DNA of 64,000 nt, taken from positions 15,465 through 79,464 of the forward strand of contig CAYUTA010000004.1 in NCBI GenBank assembly GCA_964447605.1. Direction: 5' to 3'. How positions within the stretch are numbered: position 1 is the first letter of the stretch; the number at the start of each line of letters is the position of its first letter. Position numbers and translations under genes: made by a program. This document shows, in pieces, positions 45,096-53,888 of the stretch. Source of the DNA: an uncultured Oscillospiraceae bacterium (lineage in GTDB: Bacteria > Bacillota > Clostridia > Christensenellales > CAG-138). Under the pieces are notes generated by a model. That model had not been told where the DNA came from, ran no database searches, and saw nothing but the letters and a program-made list of their open reading frames with translations.

Positions 45096-45115
45096 TGGCG
45101 GAGAGACTGGGATTC
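45096..45115. repeat. proximal att-like direct repeat (3' end of tRNA-Ser)
   Basis: Identical 20 nt to 34696-34715. Confidence 0.85.
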
Positions 45116-45183
45116 GAACCCAGGGTCCCGTCAGGGACACGGCATTTCGAGTGCCGCACGATCGACCACTCTGACATCTCTCC
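45096..45183 (-). tRNA. tRNA-Ser (anticodon CGA)
   Basis: The minus strand reads GGAGAGATGTCAGAGTGGTCGA..GCGGCACTCGAAATGCCGTGTCCCTGACGGGACCCTGGGTTCGAATCCCAGTCTCTCCGCCA. It has a 7-bp acceptor stem, a long variable arm, a T-loop GGTTCGAATCC, anticodon loop CU-CGA-AA, and an encoded CCA. Confidence 0.9.
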
Positions 45184-45347
45184 GCGCCGCAAAAAACAAC
45201 CGGTGTTTTTCAGCGACATTCAGTATACTAAAAAGCTTCGCAAATTGCAATGTTTTCGTGAAAAAACATGTTGCCGTCGTTGCCGGGCGCACGCCCCGTG
45301 TTATAATAGATAAAAACGAGACACGGTCAAGGAAAGGAGTTGTCTGT

Positions 45348-45842
45348 ATGGCGGAGGAATTTGGAAAACGAATTGAAGCATTCGGGCAAAATATATGGAA
45401 AAAGGCGCAGGGCGCGGTCAACATCGTTGGCATGAACAACGATATCTCGGCAAAGTCGCGTGTGCTGACCGATCTGTATGCCGAGATCGGCAAGGCCTAT
45501 TGTGGCAAGCACCGCGGGGATGCGGAAACGGAATTTCCCGAGCTTTGTGAAAAAGCGCATGCGCTTGCGGCGGAAATCGCCGGTTTACAGGAGGAAATCC
45601 AGTTGCAAAAGGGCTTCCGCAAATGCGTGGCCTGCGGCGCGCTTGCCCCGGCGCAAGCTACGTTTTGCCCCGCCTGCGGTGCGGCCATGCCGCGGCCCGA
45701 GCCGGAGCCCGAATCCGATCCTGTCGCCGACAAAAGCGTTTGCAGGCAATGCGGCGCGCACATGGTGGAAAGCGACGTGTTTTGCGCGGCCTGCGGCGCG
45801 CGGCGCGAGGAGGCGGACGCGGAACCCCGGACGCAGGGATAG
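45348..45842 (+). CDS. zinc-ribbon domain-containing protein
   Basis: GGAAAGGAG SD precedes ATG 45348. An N-terminal helical region is followed by two CxxC..CxxC ribbons (CVACG..CPACG and CRQCG..CAACG). Confidence 0.7.
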   Translation: MAEEFGKRIEAFGQNIWKKAQGAVNIVGMNNDISAKSRVLTDLYAEIGKAYCGKHRGDAETEFPELCEKAHALAAEIAGLQEEIQLQKGFRKCVACGALAPAQATFCPACGAAMPRPEPEPESDPVADKSVCRQCGAHMVESDVFCAACGARREEADAEPRTQG

Positions 45843-46642
45843 CGGAAAGCCCGTATAGGCCGGTCCCTGTTACGCCCTGCGGCTGGACGCATTCCCCGCG
45901 GGGCGGACGGATTGAATTTTCGGAAGAAAAAAGCACAGGCCCCGCAGGAGGGGGACCATGGCTAGATTCAAAAGCCCATATGGATATGATGATGCCGCGG
46001 ACGCGGAATACGATGGCGTATGACGCGGCGGAACGGGGGCTGTACGGTTGTTCGGCTGTACGGTCTATACGCGGTCGCCGGCGAAAAAATTGGGGTGGCG
46101 GCGGGACGGTTGGAGACCGCTCTGACCGATTTGGCCGGGGAGTTTTGAAAAAAATGGAATCATAAAACAGACCTTTGCAAAAAGGCCCGACCCGCGGGCT
46201 CTCATTCCGGTATGCTTCAGTTCGCTGTACGGACAGGCATGGGTTGCGCCCGCGGCGGAAATGCCTCTGTATCGAACGCGGCGGGCGGTCCGGGAGTTGA
46301 TGCTCGCAGGAGATCTCCTGCGTGAATTGTTCCAGCTCGCTACGCATCTCAAAAGCAGGCTGGCCGGGCTGATCGTAGGGTTGAAACGCCCGGCAATCGG
46401 CGCCGACCGTTCCCCTCTGATGACGGCGGAGGAGCTGGTGAACGTGCAGCAATCGCTGCGGTGGGTGGAAAAGCACGTGGAATTACGGGCGCTTTTTAAG
46501 CGGGAGCCGTTGGGACCCGCCTGGATTCTCTCGTCCAGGCAGGTCGTTTTTACATCATACCGCAGCGCGTCCGCCGCCGTTCATACGGCTCCCGCGGCTA
46601 AGGTCGGATTTTCCGGCGCAGCATGGGGAAAACGTCGCGCGA

Positions 46643-47341
46643 CTATTCCGCGGCAGCACGCGGGCCGGATTCCCTGTAGAGCCGCCAGCCCATCAGGACA
46701 ACCCAGACATAGGCCAGGGTTTTGGGAATCATCAGCATACCCAAAAGCGGCACGGCCGAACCGAACAGCACAACCGGGATGTAGAAGCCGAACGACAGGA
46801 TGACGGCAAGCGGCATAAAGCGGAACACCGGGTCCCCGGCCTTTTTCGCCTCCTGCGCAAACAGGACGATGATCATGATTCCCATGATGGAAAACGGGAT
46901 ATTTCGCAGTATTCCGTAAAATAGCGGCTGCTGGTACGAAAGCCAGTCGTTTTGCGGAAGCAGGCAGAGCGCGACTCTGGCCGCCGTCAGAACCCACATC
47001 AAGACGGTCAGGTTTTTGCGTTGCGCAATGCCGTACCGTTCCCGCCAGATGTAGTAAAGGATCAGGTAAAAAACAGTCATGGTAACAGAGGTTATCAGCT
47101 TGCCGGCGCCGAGCGCGGCGGCGTTTGCCTCGAGCCCGGCCGTCCAAAGCGCATACATACGCGGCACGAGGTGGAAGGCGTCTCCCGCGCCGAGCAGCAC
47201 GGCCATAAGGCCGAATTTTTTAACAAGGGGATCGTGCTTCCCCCTTGCCATCATCAGGATGCCGGCGGTGATAACCCCGGTCAAATAACAGATGTCGAAA
47301 ATCGTTTCTACGAGCGCCTGTGCCATTGTCACAATCTCCAA
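46643..47341 (-). CDS. hypothetical 7-TM integral membrane protein
   Basis: Hydrophobic throughout with 7 predicted helices. It lies 5 nt downstream of the TetR gene and is probably co-transcribed. No family recognised. Confidence 0.65.
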   Translation of the reverse strand: MEIVTMAQALVETIFDICYLTGVITAGILMMARGKHDPLVKKFGLMAVLLGAGDAFHLVPRMYALWTAGLEANAAALGAGKLITSVTMTVFYLILYYIWRERYGIAQRKNLTVLMWVLTAARVALCLLPQNDWLSYQQPLFYGILRNIPFSIMGIMIIVLFAQEAKKAGDPVFRFMPLAVILSFGFYIPVVLFGSAVPLLGMLMIPKTLAYVWVVLMGWRLYRESGPRAAAE

Positions 47342-47346
47342 TCGGT

Positions 47347-47895
47347 TTAATATAGTGTCCGCTTCACAATCTCAATGAAAAAGCCTGCATCGGGAGCTCT
47401 CATACGAAGCGATATAAGAAGGTTTGAAAGTACGAACGCCGCATAGCGCTCTTTTGTGAAGCCGTCCGTCCAGATATCCGTACGGATGGCGGCATCCTGC
47501 TCCATGCGCTGTATGAGCGCGCTTCTCAAAACCTTCTGCATGGAGTACATACGCTCCTGGCCGACGGCTTCCACATTTCTAAGGCTGTCCATGAGCATAC
47601 CGGCGGAGCTGAATATGCGGCCGCTCAAAAAATGATAAATTTCCCCAAGCTGGTCGCAGAATGAACCGCCGCCGATTGCTTCCCGCATCTCTACAAGTGT
47701 TTTTTTCCAATATTCTTCCGTAAGGGCGAGCAGGATTTCATCTTTGCCGGAAAAGTAATTGTAAACCGTCCCCTGTGCAATACCGGCCTTTTTCGCAATT
47801 GCCCGTATACTGATTGCTTCCGGCCCTTCCGCTCCGGCAATCTCCCGGGCCATGTCCAGCAAAGTGCCGCGGAGCGTTTCATCCTTTCTTTTCAT
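47347..47895 (-). CDS. TetR/AcrR family transcriptional regulator
   Basis: HTH ISIRAIAKKAGIAQGTVYNYFSGKDEIL. ATG 47895 follows GAGGGGAGGGG. Confidence 0.9.
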   Translation of the reverse strand: MKRKDETLRGTLLDMAREIAGAEGPEAISIRAIAKKAGIAQGTVYNYFSGKDEILLALTEEYWKKTLVEMREAIGGGSFCDQLGEIYHFLSGRIFSSAGMLMDSLRNVEAVGQERMYSMQKVLRSALIQRMEQDAAIRTDIWTDGFTKERYAAFVLSNLLISLRMRAPDAGFFIEIVKRTLY

Positions 47896-47920
47896 CCGGC
47901 CCCTCCCCTCGAAACCTTCA

Positions 47921-47940
47921 TAAATGAACGCGTTCATTTA
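47921..47940. promoter_or_regulatory. operator O1: perfect 20-bp palindrome TAAATGAACGCGTTCATTTA
   Basis: Lies 1-2 nt downstream of the -10 box of the tetR promoter and covers the predicted transcription start site. Confidence 0.7.
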
Positions 47941-47941
47941 T

Positions 47942-47969
47942 AGTATAGCTGCTTTTTTTGTTTTGTCAA
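47942..47969 (-). promoter_or_regulatory. sigma-70-type promoter of the tetR-membrane protein operon (TTGACA-16-TATACT)
   Basis: The minus strand reads TTGACA AAACAAAAAAAGCAGC TATACT. Confidence 0.6.
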
Positions 47970-47972
47970 CAA

Positions 47973-47994
47973 TTAAATGAACGCGTTCATTTAA
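47973..47994. promoter_or_regulatory. operator O2: perfect 22-bp palindrome TTAAATGAACGCGTTCATTTAA
   Basis: Second copy of the same palindrome, 3 nt upstream of the -35 box. Confidence 0.7.
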
Positions 47995-48204
47995 AAACCA
48001 TGTCTGAGCGGCGGGCAAAATTCGCATCCTGTGTGCAACGGAGGGCGTCACCGCTGACGGCACGAAGCGGCTGGACCCTATTCAACGGAATTTTTCCCGC
48101 CATTTGAAATGCCCGGTATATGCTTTTGACGCCATGCGGAGGCTGCTGTTGCGGCTTTTGCCAACAGGTTCATCTGTAAACTTCGAAAAAACTAAAATTG
48201 GTTC

Positions 48205-48233
48205 TTGCAATATAATTTCAAACTGATTATAAT
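48205..48233 (+). promoter_or_regulatory. sigma-70-type promoter TTGCAA-17-TATAAT of the BMP-ABC cluster
   Basis: -35 at 48205-48210, a 17-nt spacer, and -10 at 48228-48233, in an AT-rich tract. Confidence 0.55.
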
Positions 48234-48236
48234 ATC

Positions 48237-48254
48237 ATCATATTATAATATGAT
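48237..48254. promoter_or_regulatory. perfect 18-bp palindrome ATCATATTATAATATGAT (candidate operator)
   Basis: Starts 4 nt after the -10 box and overlaps the predicted transcription start site. Confidence 0.5.
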
Positions 48255-48330
48255 AATAAGTTTCCGGCCCCATTCATTCGATTTGAGCCGTTGCGCTCAA
48301 ACAAACAATACCAAATCAGGAGGAGCACAC

Positions 48331-49437
48331 ATGAAAAAGAGATGGTCGGTATCGCTGATGGTCTGGATTCTTGTTACATCGCTGTTGATTGGCTGCGCAC
48401 AGCAGCCGGCCCGGCAGGGCGCCGCGACGGACGTACCGCAGCCGGTTCCTTCCGGGGCGGCAGCGCCGGCCGAACGGAAAAAGCTGGTTGTGATCAGCAA
48501 CCGCAGCTTTGGCGACAAGGGCCCTATCGATAGTCAGGCAGCGGTTCTGCCTGAGCTCGAGGCGCTCGGGGTTGAGACCAAAACGCTGGAGTCGCTCTCC
48601 GCGGACGTATTTGAAGAGGATATTCGTGCAATGGCAAACGCCGGATATGACATCATCGCAACGTCCTTCCCGCCGGTATCGGAGGCCGTGGTTTCCGTTG
48701 CAAAGGATTTCCCGGATACCGCCTTTATCAGCATCTATCAATTCAGCAACGCCGGCGAAACCAGGTACGACAATATCTGGTCGACCGAATATAAAACACA
48801 GGAGATGCTCTATGCGCTTGGCTGCCTTGAAGCAAAGCTGACCAGAACCAATAAGGTCGGCTTTATCAGCGGACAGGAAACTGCAAGCTCCAACTCCGGC
48901 ATCAACGGCTTTATGGATGGCGTCATAGCCACAAACCCGGACTGCGAGGTTGAATATATGTATGCCGGCACGTATGACGACCCGACCGTTGGAAAAGAAA
49001 TTGCGCTGGCAATGATCAGCCGCGGCGTTGACTGTATCATAACCGCCGCGGGCAAAACCAGCACGGGCGCGATCGAGGCGTGTCAGGAAAAGGGCGTGTT
49101 TATCGTTGCGGACAACGGCGACTTTTTTGATCTTGGTCCGAATGCGATGGTCACCTACTTTCTTACCGATTTCGGCCAGGTGGTGAAGCAGGGCGTTTCG
49201 GATTATATAAACGGAGAATTCAAGGGCGGCGAACACACCATTATGTCCGTATTTAATGGCGGAGCAGTTGTAAAATGGGACGCTTCCGAACGCTTTAACG
49301 AGCAGAATCCAGAGACCGCAGAGCTTGTGCGGGGAGCGATTGCATACGCAAAGGAGCAGGAAGCAAAGGTTATCTCCGGCGACCTCGTTGTCGAATTCAA
49401 ACCGGATACGCCCCGGGCAATCCGAAAGGGTTCATAA
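48331..49437 (+). CDS. BMP family (PnrA/Med-like) ABC transporter substrate-binding lipoprotein
   Basis: AGGAGG SD. Lipobox MKKRWSVSLMVWILVTSLLIGCAQ. Body with FGDKGPIDS, GFISGQE and a BMP-type fold pattern. The ORF-track extension to 48205 is AT-rich promoter DNA. Confidence 0.8.
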   Translation: MKKRWSVSLMVWILVTSLLIGCAQQPARQGAATDVPQPVPSGAAAPAERKKLVVISNRSFGDKGPIDSQAAVLPELEALGVETKTLESLSADVFEEDIRAMANAGYDIIATSFPPVSEAVVSVAKDFPDTAFISIYQFSNAGETRYDNIWSTEYKTQEMLYALGCLEAKLTRTNKVGFISGQETASSNSGINGFMDGVIATNPDCEVEYMYAGTYDDPTVGKEIALAMISRGVDCIITAAGKTSTGAIEACQEKGVFIVADNGDFFDLGPNAMVTYFLTDFGQVVKQGVSDYINGEFKGGEHTIMSVFNGGAVVKWDASERFNEQNPETAELVRGAIAYAKEQEAKVISGDLVVEFKPDTPRAIRKGS

Positions 49438-49439
49438 AA

Positions 49440-49826
49440 ATGAACGGGAACGTCTATACGCACGGGTTCCTTGTCGATGACCTGGATGCTGCAATCCGAT
49501 TTTATGAAAGCAAGCTTGGCTTTCGTGTCAAGCGACGCACGCAGACCTTTGCCGCGATGGAGACAAATGCGCCGTCCGGCCTGTTCTTCTGGCAATATGC
49601 GCACATTTTTGAGCATCTTGGCCAAGAAGCCGCCGGGAAGGTGCGGCACAGGCAGATGATCGCCATGCTGTATGAGACGAGGGAGCAGGTAGACGCGCGC
49701 GTAGAAGAGCTGCTCCTTGACGGTGTGGAGCTGGTTGCGGCCCCACAGGAATGGGCCTGGAATGCATATGCCGCCTACCTCGTGGATTGCAAGGGCTTTT
49801 TGTGGGAGTTATGGACATGGAATTGA
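49440..49826 (+). CDS. VOC (glyoxalase/bleomycin-resistance/dioxygenase) family protein
   Basis: THGFLVDDLDAAIRFYESKLGFRV is a typical VOC beta-alpha-beta-beta-beta N-terminal module. 128 aa. Confidence 0.8.
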   Translation: MNGNVYTHGFLVDDLDAAIRFYESKLGFRVKRRTQTFAAMETNAPSGLFFWQYAHIFEHLGQEAAGKVRHRQMIAMLYETREQVDARVEELLLDGVELVAAPQEWAWNAYAAYLVDCKGFLWELWTWN

Positions 49827-49837
49827 TGGAGAGGAAC

Positions 49838-50230
49838 ATGATCCGGTATAACCATACCGCGTACGGTCTGCTCGTTGATGACATTGCAGAAGCGGTTGCG
49901 TTCTATCGCGATACGATGGGCTTCCATGTGCTGCGTCAGTCGGATACCTTCGCGCAGATGGATGCGGGCGGCACGTTGGCGTTCTTTCTTTGGAAATGGT
50001 CGCATCTTTGCGAGCATCTCGGCCGGGAGGCCATGCAAAAGGTGCGGCATCGCACGCAGTCTGCATTGCGCTTTGAACGGCCGGACGATGTCGACCGCGC
50101 CTATCTTGCGCTGAAAGAGCAGGGCGTAAACTTTGTGGCCGCGCCGGGCAACTGGGAATGGAATGCACGCGCCGCATATTTCGTTGACGACAACGGATAC
50201 ATGTGGGAATTGTTCTGCTGGCTCAAATAA
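49838..50230 (+). CDS. VOC family protein (tandem paralogue)
   Basis: MIRYNHTAYGLLVDDIAEAVAFYRDTMGFHV aligns residue-for-residue with the preceding gene, and both end ..WELxxW. Start 49838 (GGAGAGG SD) was chosen by alignment with the paralogue. Confidence 0.75.
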   Translation: MIRYNHTAYGLLVDDIAEAVAFYRDTMGFHVLRQSDTFAQMDAGGTLAFFLWKWSHLCEHLGREAMQKVRHRTQSALRFERPDDVDRAYLALKEQGVNFVAAPGNWEWNARAAYFVDDNGYMWELFCWLK

Positions 50231-50300
50231 AGGATCAATGCGCCTGCTTGCCGTCAATCAGGCGGCAGGCGGGCGTGTAAGGAAGGGGTCGAAGGGTAGC

Positions 50301-51827
50301 ATGGAAAACGCGCTTTCAATGCGGCATATTGTGAAAACGTTCCCCGGTGTTGTTGCCAATAACGACGTCTCGCTGCATGTCGAACGGCGGAGCATACATG
50401 CGCTGGTCGGCGAAAACGGCGCGGGGAAAAGTACTCTGATGAATATCCTCTGCGGTCTTGTCGGGGCTGACGAAGGCAGCATCCTGCTCAATGGGAAAGA
50501 GACGGCGATCCGTTCAACCTTTGATGCGATCAAGCAGGGTGTCGGCATGGTGCATCAGCATTTCATGCTCGTACCGGATATCACGGTCCTTGACAATATT
50601 CTGCTTGGCGCGGATACGCCTAAAAAAGCGGGTTTAACGGACTATCGGCAGGGACGCAGGGCGGTTGGACAAATCATGGATCAATATGCCTTTCATGTTG
50701 ATCTCGACCGCAAGATCTATGAGCTTTCGGTCGGTGAAATGCAGCGGGTAGAGATCATCAAATCCCTTTATCGCGGTGCGGAGATTCTGATTTTGGACGA
50801 GCCCACCGCGGTGCTGACGCCGAATGAAATCCGGCAGCTGTTTGACGCAATGCGCAGCTTTGTCGCGCGGGGCAAAACGATATTGTTCATTTCGCATAAG
50901 CTCAGGGAAGTGCTCGAAATTTCCGACGAGATTACCGTTATGCGCCAGGGCAGGGTGACGGGAAACGTAAAAACCCGCGAGGTCGATGAAATCATGCTTG
51001 CCACGATGATGGTAGGGCGTGACGTGGTATTGCGTGTGCATAAGGGGAAGGCTGCCCCCGGCGGGGAAGCGCTCCGGCTTGACCGGTTTTTTGCAAACAA
51101 TGACAGAAGGCTGCCCGCGGTCAGGGACGTGTCCTTCTCGGTTCGACGGGGCGAAATTGTCGGCATTGCCGGCGTCGACGGCAACGGGCAGACGGAGCTT
51201 GTCGAGGCGCTCTGCGGCATGCGCAGGCAAACGGGCGGCCGCGTTTATCTCAACGGGAAGGACATCACCCATTGCGGCGGGCTCGAACGACGCAGGCGTG
51301 GTATCGCGCATATTCCGGCCGACCGCATGGTATTTGGCGTCAACAAAACCTGCAGTGTGGAGGAAAACCTGATTCTATCGGTTTACAACATCAAGCCCTA
51401 TTGCCGGCTGGGCTTCATGCTTTGGCGGAAGCTGCGCGCGTTTTCAGAACGGTTGGCACGCCGTTTTCACATCGTTGCGGCTTCGATTGAGACGCATGTC
51501 GGCAATATGTCCGGCGGCAATATGCAAAAGGTGGTCGTTGCCCGGGAAATGTCGGCCGAGCCGGATATTTTGATTGCGGCGCAGCCGACGCGCGGCGTTG
51601 ACGTCGGCGCGATTGAATTCATTCACAACGAAATCATTGGCCTGAGAGATAAAAACAAGGGCGTCTTGCTGGTTTCGATGGAGCTCGATGAGATATTATC
51701 GCTTTCCGACCGGGTTCTGGTGCTCTATGAGGGCGAAATTGTGGCCGAGTTTGAAAATGAAAACCTGAACGAGCTTGAGATCGGACTTTACATGACCGGC
51801 GCAAAGAGGATGGAGCGATCGATATGA
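50301..51827 (+). CDS. ABC transporter ATP-binding protein, duplicated ATPase (sugar/nucleoside CUT2-type)
   Basis: Two ABC cassettes: [27 protein letters not shown], and a second with [14 protein letters not shown]. Typical partner of BMP-type SBPs. Confidence 0.9.
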   Translation: MENALSMRHIVKTFPGVVANNDVSLHVERRSIHALVGENGAGKSTLMNILCGLVGADEGSILLNGKETAIRSTFDAIKQGVGMVHQHFMLVPDITVLDNILLGADTPKKAGLTDYRQGRRAVGQIMDQYAFHVDLDRKIYELSVGEMQRVEIIKSLYRGAEILILDEPTAVLTPNEIRQLFDAMRSFVARGKTILFISHKLREVLEISDEITVMRQGRVTGNVKTREVDEIMLATMMVGRDVVLRVHKGKAAPGGEALRLDRFFANNDRRLPAVRDVSFSVRRGEIVGIAGVDGNGQTELVEALCGMRRQTGGRVYLNGKDITHCGGLERRRRGIAHIPADRMVFGVNKTCSVEENLILSVYNIKPYCRLGFMLWRKLRAFSERLARRFHIVAASIETHVGNMSGGNMQKVVVAREMSAEPDILIAAQPTRGVDVGAIEFIHNEIIGLRDKNKGVLLVSMELDEILSLSDRVLVLYEGEIVAEFENENLNELEIGLYMTGAKRMERSI

Positions 51828-52948
51828 AGGACAGGATGAAAACAGCCTGGTTCGAAAAAGCCAGGCGCAATGGCCGGCTGGTCGGAAGACAGGCATTGAT
51901 AGTGCTGACCGCGCTGCTGGCTGCAACGATACTGGTGATCGTGTTCGGGTTTGAGTGGGATTCCGTTTTGCAGGGAATCCGGGGCGCTGTTGTCAACGAC
52001 GTCAACGGTACGCTCAGATGGTTTACGCCGCTGCTGCTGACGGGGTTATCCTGCGCGCTTGCATTCCGCGGCGGCATATGGAACATGGGGGTGGACGGAC
52101 AGCTTTACATGGGCGCCATTGCCGCAACCGCGGTCGCCATCCGGTGTGCCGCGCTTTCCCCCGGGCCGCTGCTTGCGCTGGTTTTCCTTGCCGGCATGGC
52201 GGCGGGGGCGCTGTGGGCGGGGATCGCCGGCTTGCTGCGCGTGTATTGCGGGGCCAAAGAGGTTGTGACCACCATTCTGCTCAACTACATCGCATTCCAT
52301 TTTACCGATTATATGGTGCTTGGCCCGCTCAAGGGTTCCGGCGGATATGCGGTTGCGGAGTCGAGCGACATGATCGGCGAGCAGATCTGGCTTACGAAAC
52401 TGATTCAAGGCTCAACGGTTACAACGGGCCTGATCATTGCGTTTGTCTCGGTGGTCGTAGTTTATGTTTTGACAACCAACACACCGTTTGGCTATGAAAA
52501 CAGGATGCTCGGCACCAATCGCGCGTTTGCAAACTACGGCGGAATCAACGTCAGGCGTACGTTTATGGCTACGATTCTGATCAGCGGAGCAATTGCGGGG
52601 CTTGCGGGCGTAATTGAGATTCTCGGCGTGCATCACCGCTTCCCGATTCGCTTTTCGAACAACCTTGGCTTTGACGGAATCGTCGTATCGATTCTGGCAA
52701 ACGACAGCGCGATTGGCGTTCCGCTGAGCGCGTTCTTCTTTGCGGTGCTGCGCAACGGCTCCTATAACATCGAGCGGCTTTCAGACGTACCAAAGTCCCT
52801 GGTGCTTGTCGTGCAGGCCATGGTCATATTGATGGTTGGCGCAAGGTTTGCAATGCCGGAGTTAAAACGGAAGGATATCATCAAAAAGATCAGGCGCGGA
52901 CTCCACTTTGGCGAGCCGGCGGGAGGTTCCAATGAACGACTTGTTTAA
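51824..52948 (+). CDS. ABC transporter permease (BMP/CUT2-type)
   Basis: About 9-10 TM helices. WNMGVDGQLYMGAIAA is typical of this permease family. Shows a 4-nt overlap with the ATPase gene. Confidence 0.85.
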   Translation: MKDRMKTAWFEKARRNGRLVGRQALIVLTALLAATILVIVFGFEWDSVLQGIRGAVVNDVNGTLRWFTPLLLTGLSCALAFRGGIWNMGVDGQLYMGAIAATAVAIRCAALSPGPLLALVFLAGMAAGALWAGIAGLLRVYCGAKEVVTTILLNYIAFHFTDYMVLGPLKGSGGYAVAESSDMIGEQIWLTKLIQGSTVTTGLIIAFVSVVVVYVLTTNTPFGYENRMLGTNRAFANYGGINVRRTFMATILISGAIAGLAGVIEILGVHHRFPIRFSNNLGFDGIVVSILANDSAIGVPLSAFFFAVLRNGSYNIERLSDVPKSLVLVVQAMVILMVGARFAMPELKRKDIIKKIRRGLHFGEPAGGSNERLV

Positions 52949-53855
52949 TGCTGAAACGATTGCCGCGACATTGCGCATGACCACGCCGCTGATATTGGTG
53001 GCGCTGGGCGGCCTCATGTGCCAGCGCGCGGCGATATTCAATATCGGCCTGGAAGGCTATATGCTGATGGGCGCGTTCTGCTCGATTTTATTTATCAACA
53101 TTTCGGGCAGCAGCCTTGCGGGGTTAATCGGCGGAATTCTCGGCAGCGTTCTGCTGAGCCTCGTGTATGCGTTGTTTGTTATAAAATTCAAAGCCAACCA
53201 TATCCTTACGTCCATTTCGGTCAACTATGTTGCAACAGGGCTGACAAGCTTTTTGCTGATGCCGTTATTCGGTGTGAAGGGAAGTTTTCGCCCAACCAAT
53301 ATGCAAGCGCTTCCGACGGTGAACATACCGTTTCTTGAGGAAGGGAGCTTTCTTGACATCGCGTTCAACAATCACACGGTGACGGTGTATGTTGCGCTGG
53401 CGCTGATTGCGGTGGTGTACGTGCTGCTGTTTCAAACGCCGTTTGGCCTGCGCGTCCGCAGCGTTGGCGGCAATGAAAACGCAGTCCGTACCGCGGGCGT
53501 CAGGCCGGAAACCATAAAGCTGCTGGTAATTATCTGGGCCGGCGTGCTCTGCGGCGTTGCCGGCGCCCATCTGTCAACGGGGTATGCGTCGGAGTTTACC
53601 GAGAGCATCACACAGGGGCGCGGCTTCACAGCCTTCTCCGCGATTGTATTCGGCGGGGCGCATCCTGTGTTCAGTTCGCTTGCGTGTTTGCTGTTCGGCC
53701 TTGCCGACGCGGTTGGTATCCGTCTGGAATTGGCCAATATGGGCGTGCCGGCCGGCGTGATCAAAATGTTCCCGTATGCGCTGGCCTGCATCGCGGTGGC
53801 AGTGAGCTCGCTGGTGCAGCTCAAGAAGAGGACGTCGTCGAAAGAGCTGTTTTAG
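52932..53855 (+). CDS. ABC transporter permease (BMP/CUT2-type)
   Basis: GGGAGG SD. TTPLILVALGGLMCQRAAIFNIGLEGYML is typical of the second permease. Confidence 0.85.
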   Translation: MNDLFNAETIAATLRMTTPLILVALGGLMCQRAAIFNIGLEGYMLMGAFCSILFINISGSSLAGLIGGILGSVLLSLVYALFVIKFKANHILTSISVNYVATGLTSFLLMPLFGVKGSFRPTNMQALPTVNIPFLEEGSFLDIAFNNHTVTVYVALALIAVVYVLLFQTPFGLRVRSVGGNENAVRTAGVRPETIKLLVIIWAGVLCGVAGAHLSTGYASEFTESITQGRGFTAFSAIVFGGAHPVFSSLACLLFGLADAVGIRLELANMGVPAGVIKMFPYALACIAVAVSSLVQLKKRTSSKELF

Positions 53856-53888
53856 CGGCAATCTTGATACGGGAAGGAAGCAAACCAA

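Larger units (their letters stand above)
34696..45115. mobile_element. 10.4-kb tRNA-Ser-associated genomic island (degenerate integrative element, no integrase)
   Basis: Bounded by the 20-nt direct repeat. G+C visibly drops (about 45-50% versus more than 60% in the flanks). Contains TnpV, an IS1182-type transposase fragment and a self-contained sugar-utilisation module. Confidence 0.7.

Noticed and set aside
46261-46803. 180-aa plus-strand ORF (and the overlapping 272-aa minus-strand ORF 45658..46476)
   Set aside because: The first ~100 codons have coding-like GC3 and helical-looking sequence. There is no SD or recognisable family, and the last ~55 codons are antisense to the 7-TM protein gene. 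Evidence is insufficient and it may be another remnant.
48205-48330. N-terminal 42-aa extension of the BMP SBP ORF (MQYNFKLIIISSYYNMIISF...)
   Set aside because: It is a translation of AT-rich promoter/operator DNA. The lipoprotein signal peptide with an AGGAGG SD begins at ATG 48331.
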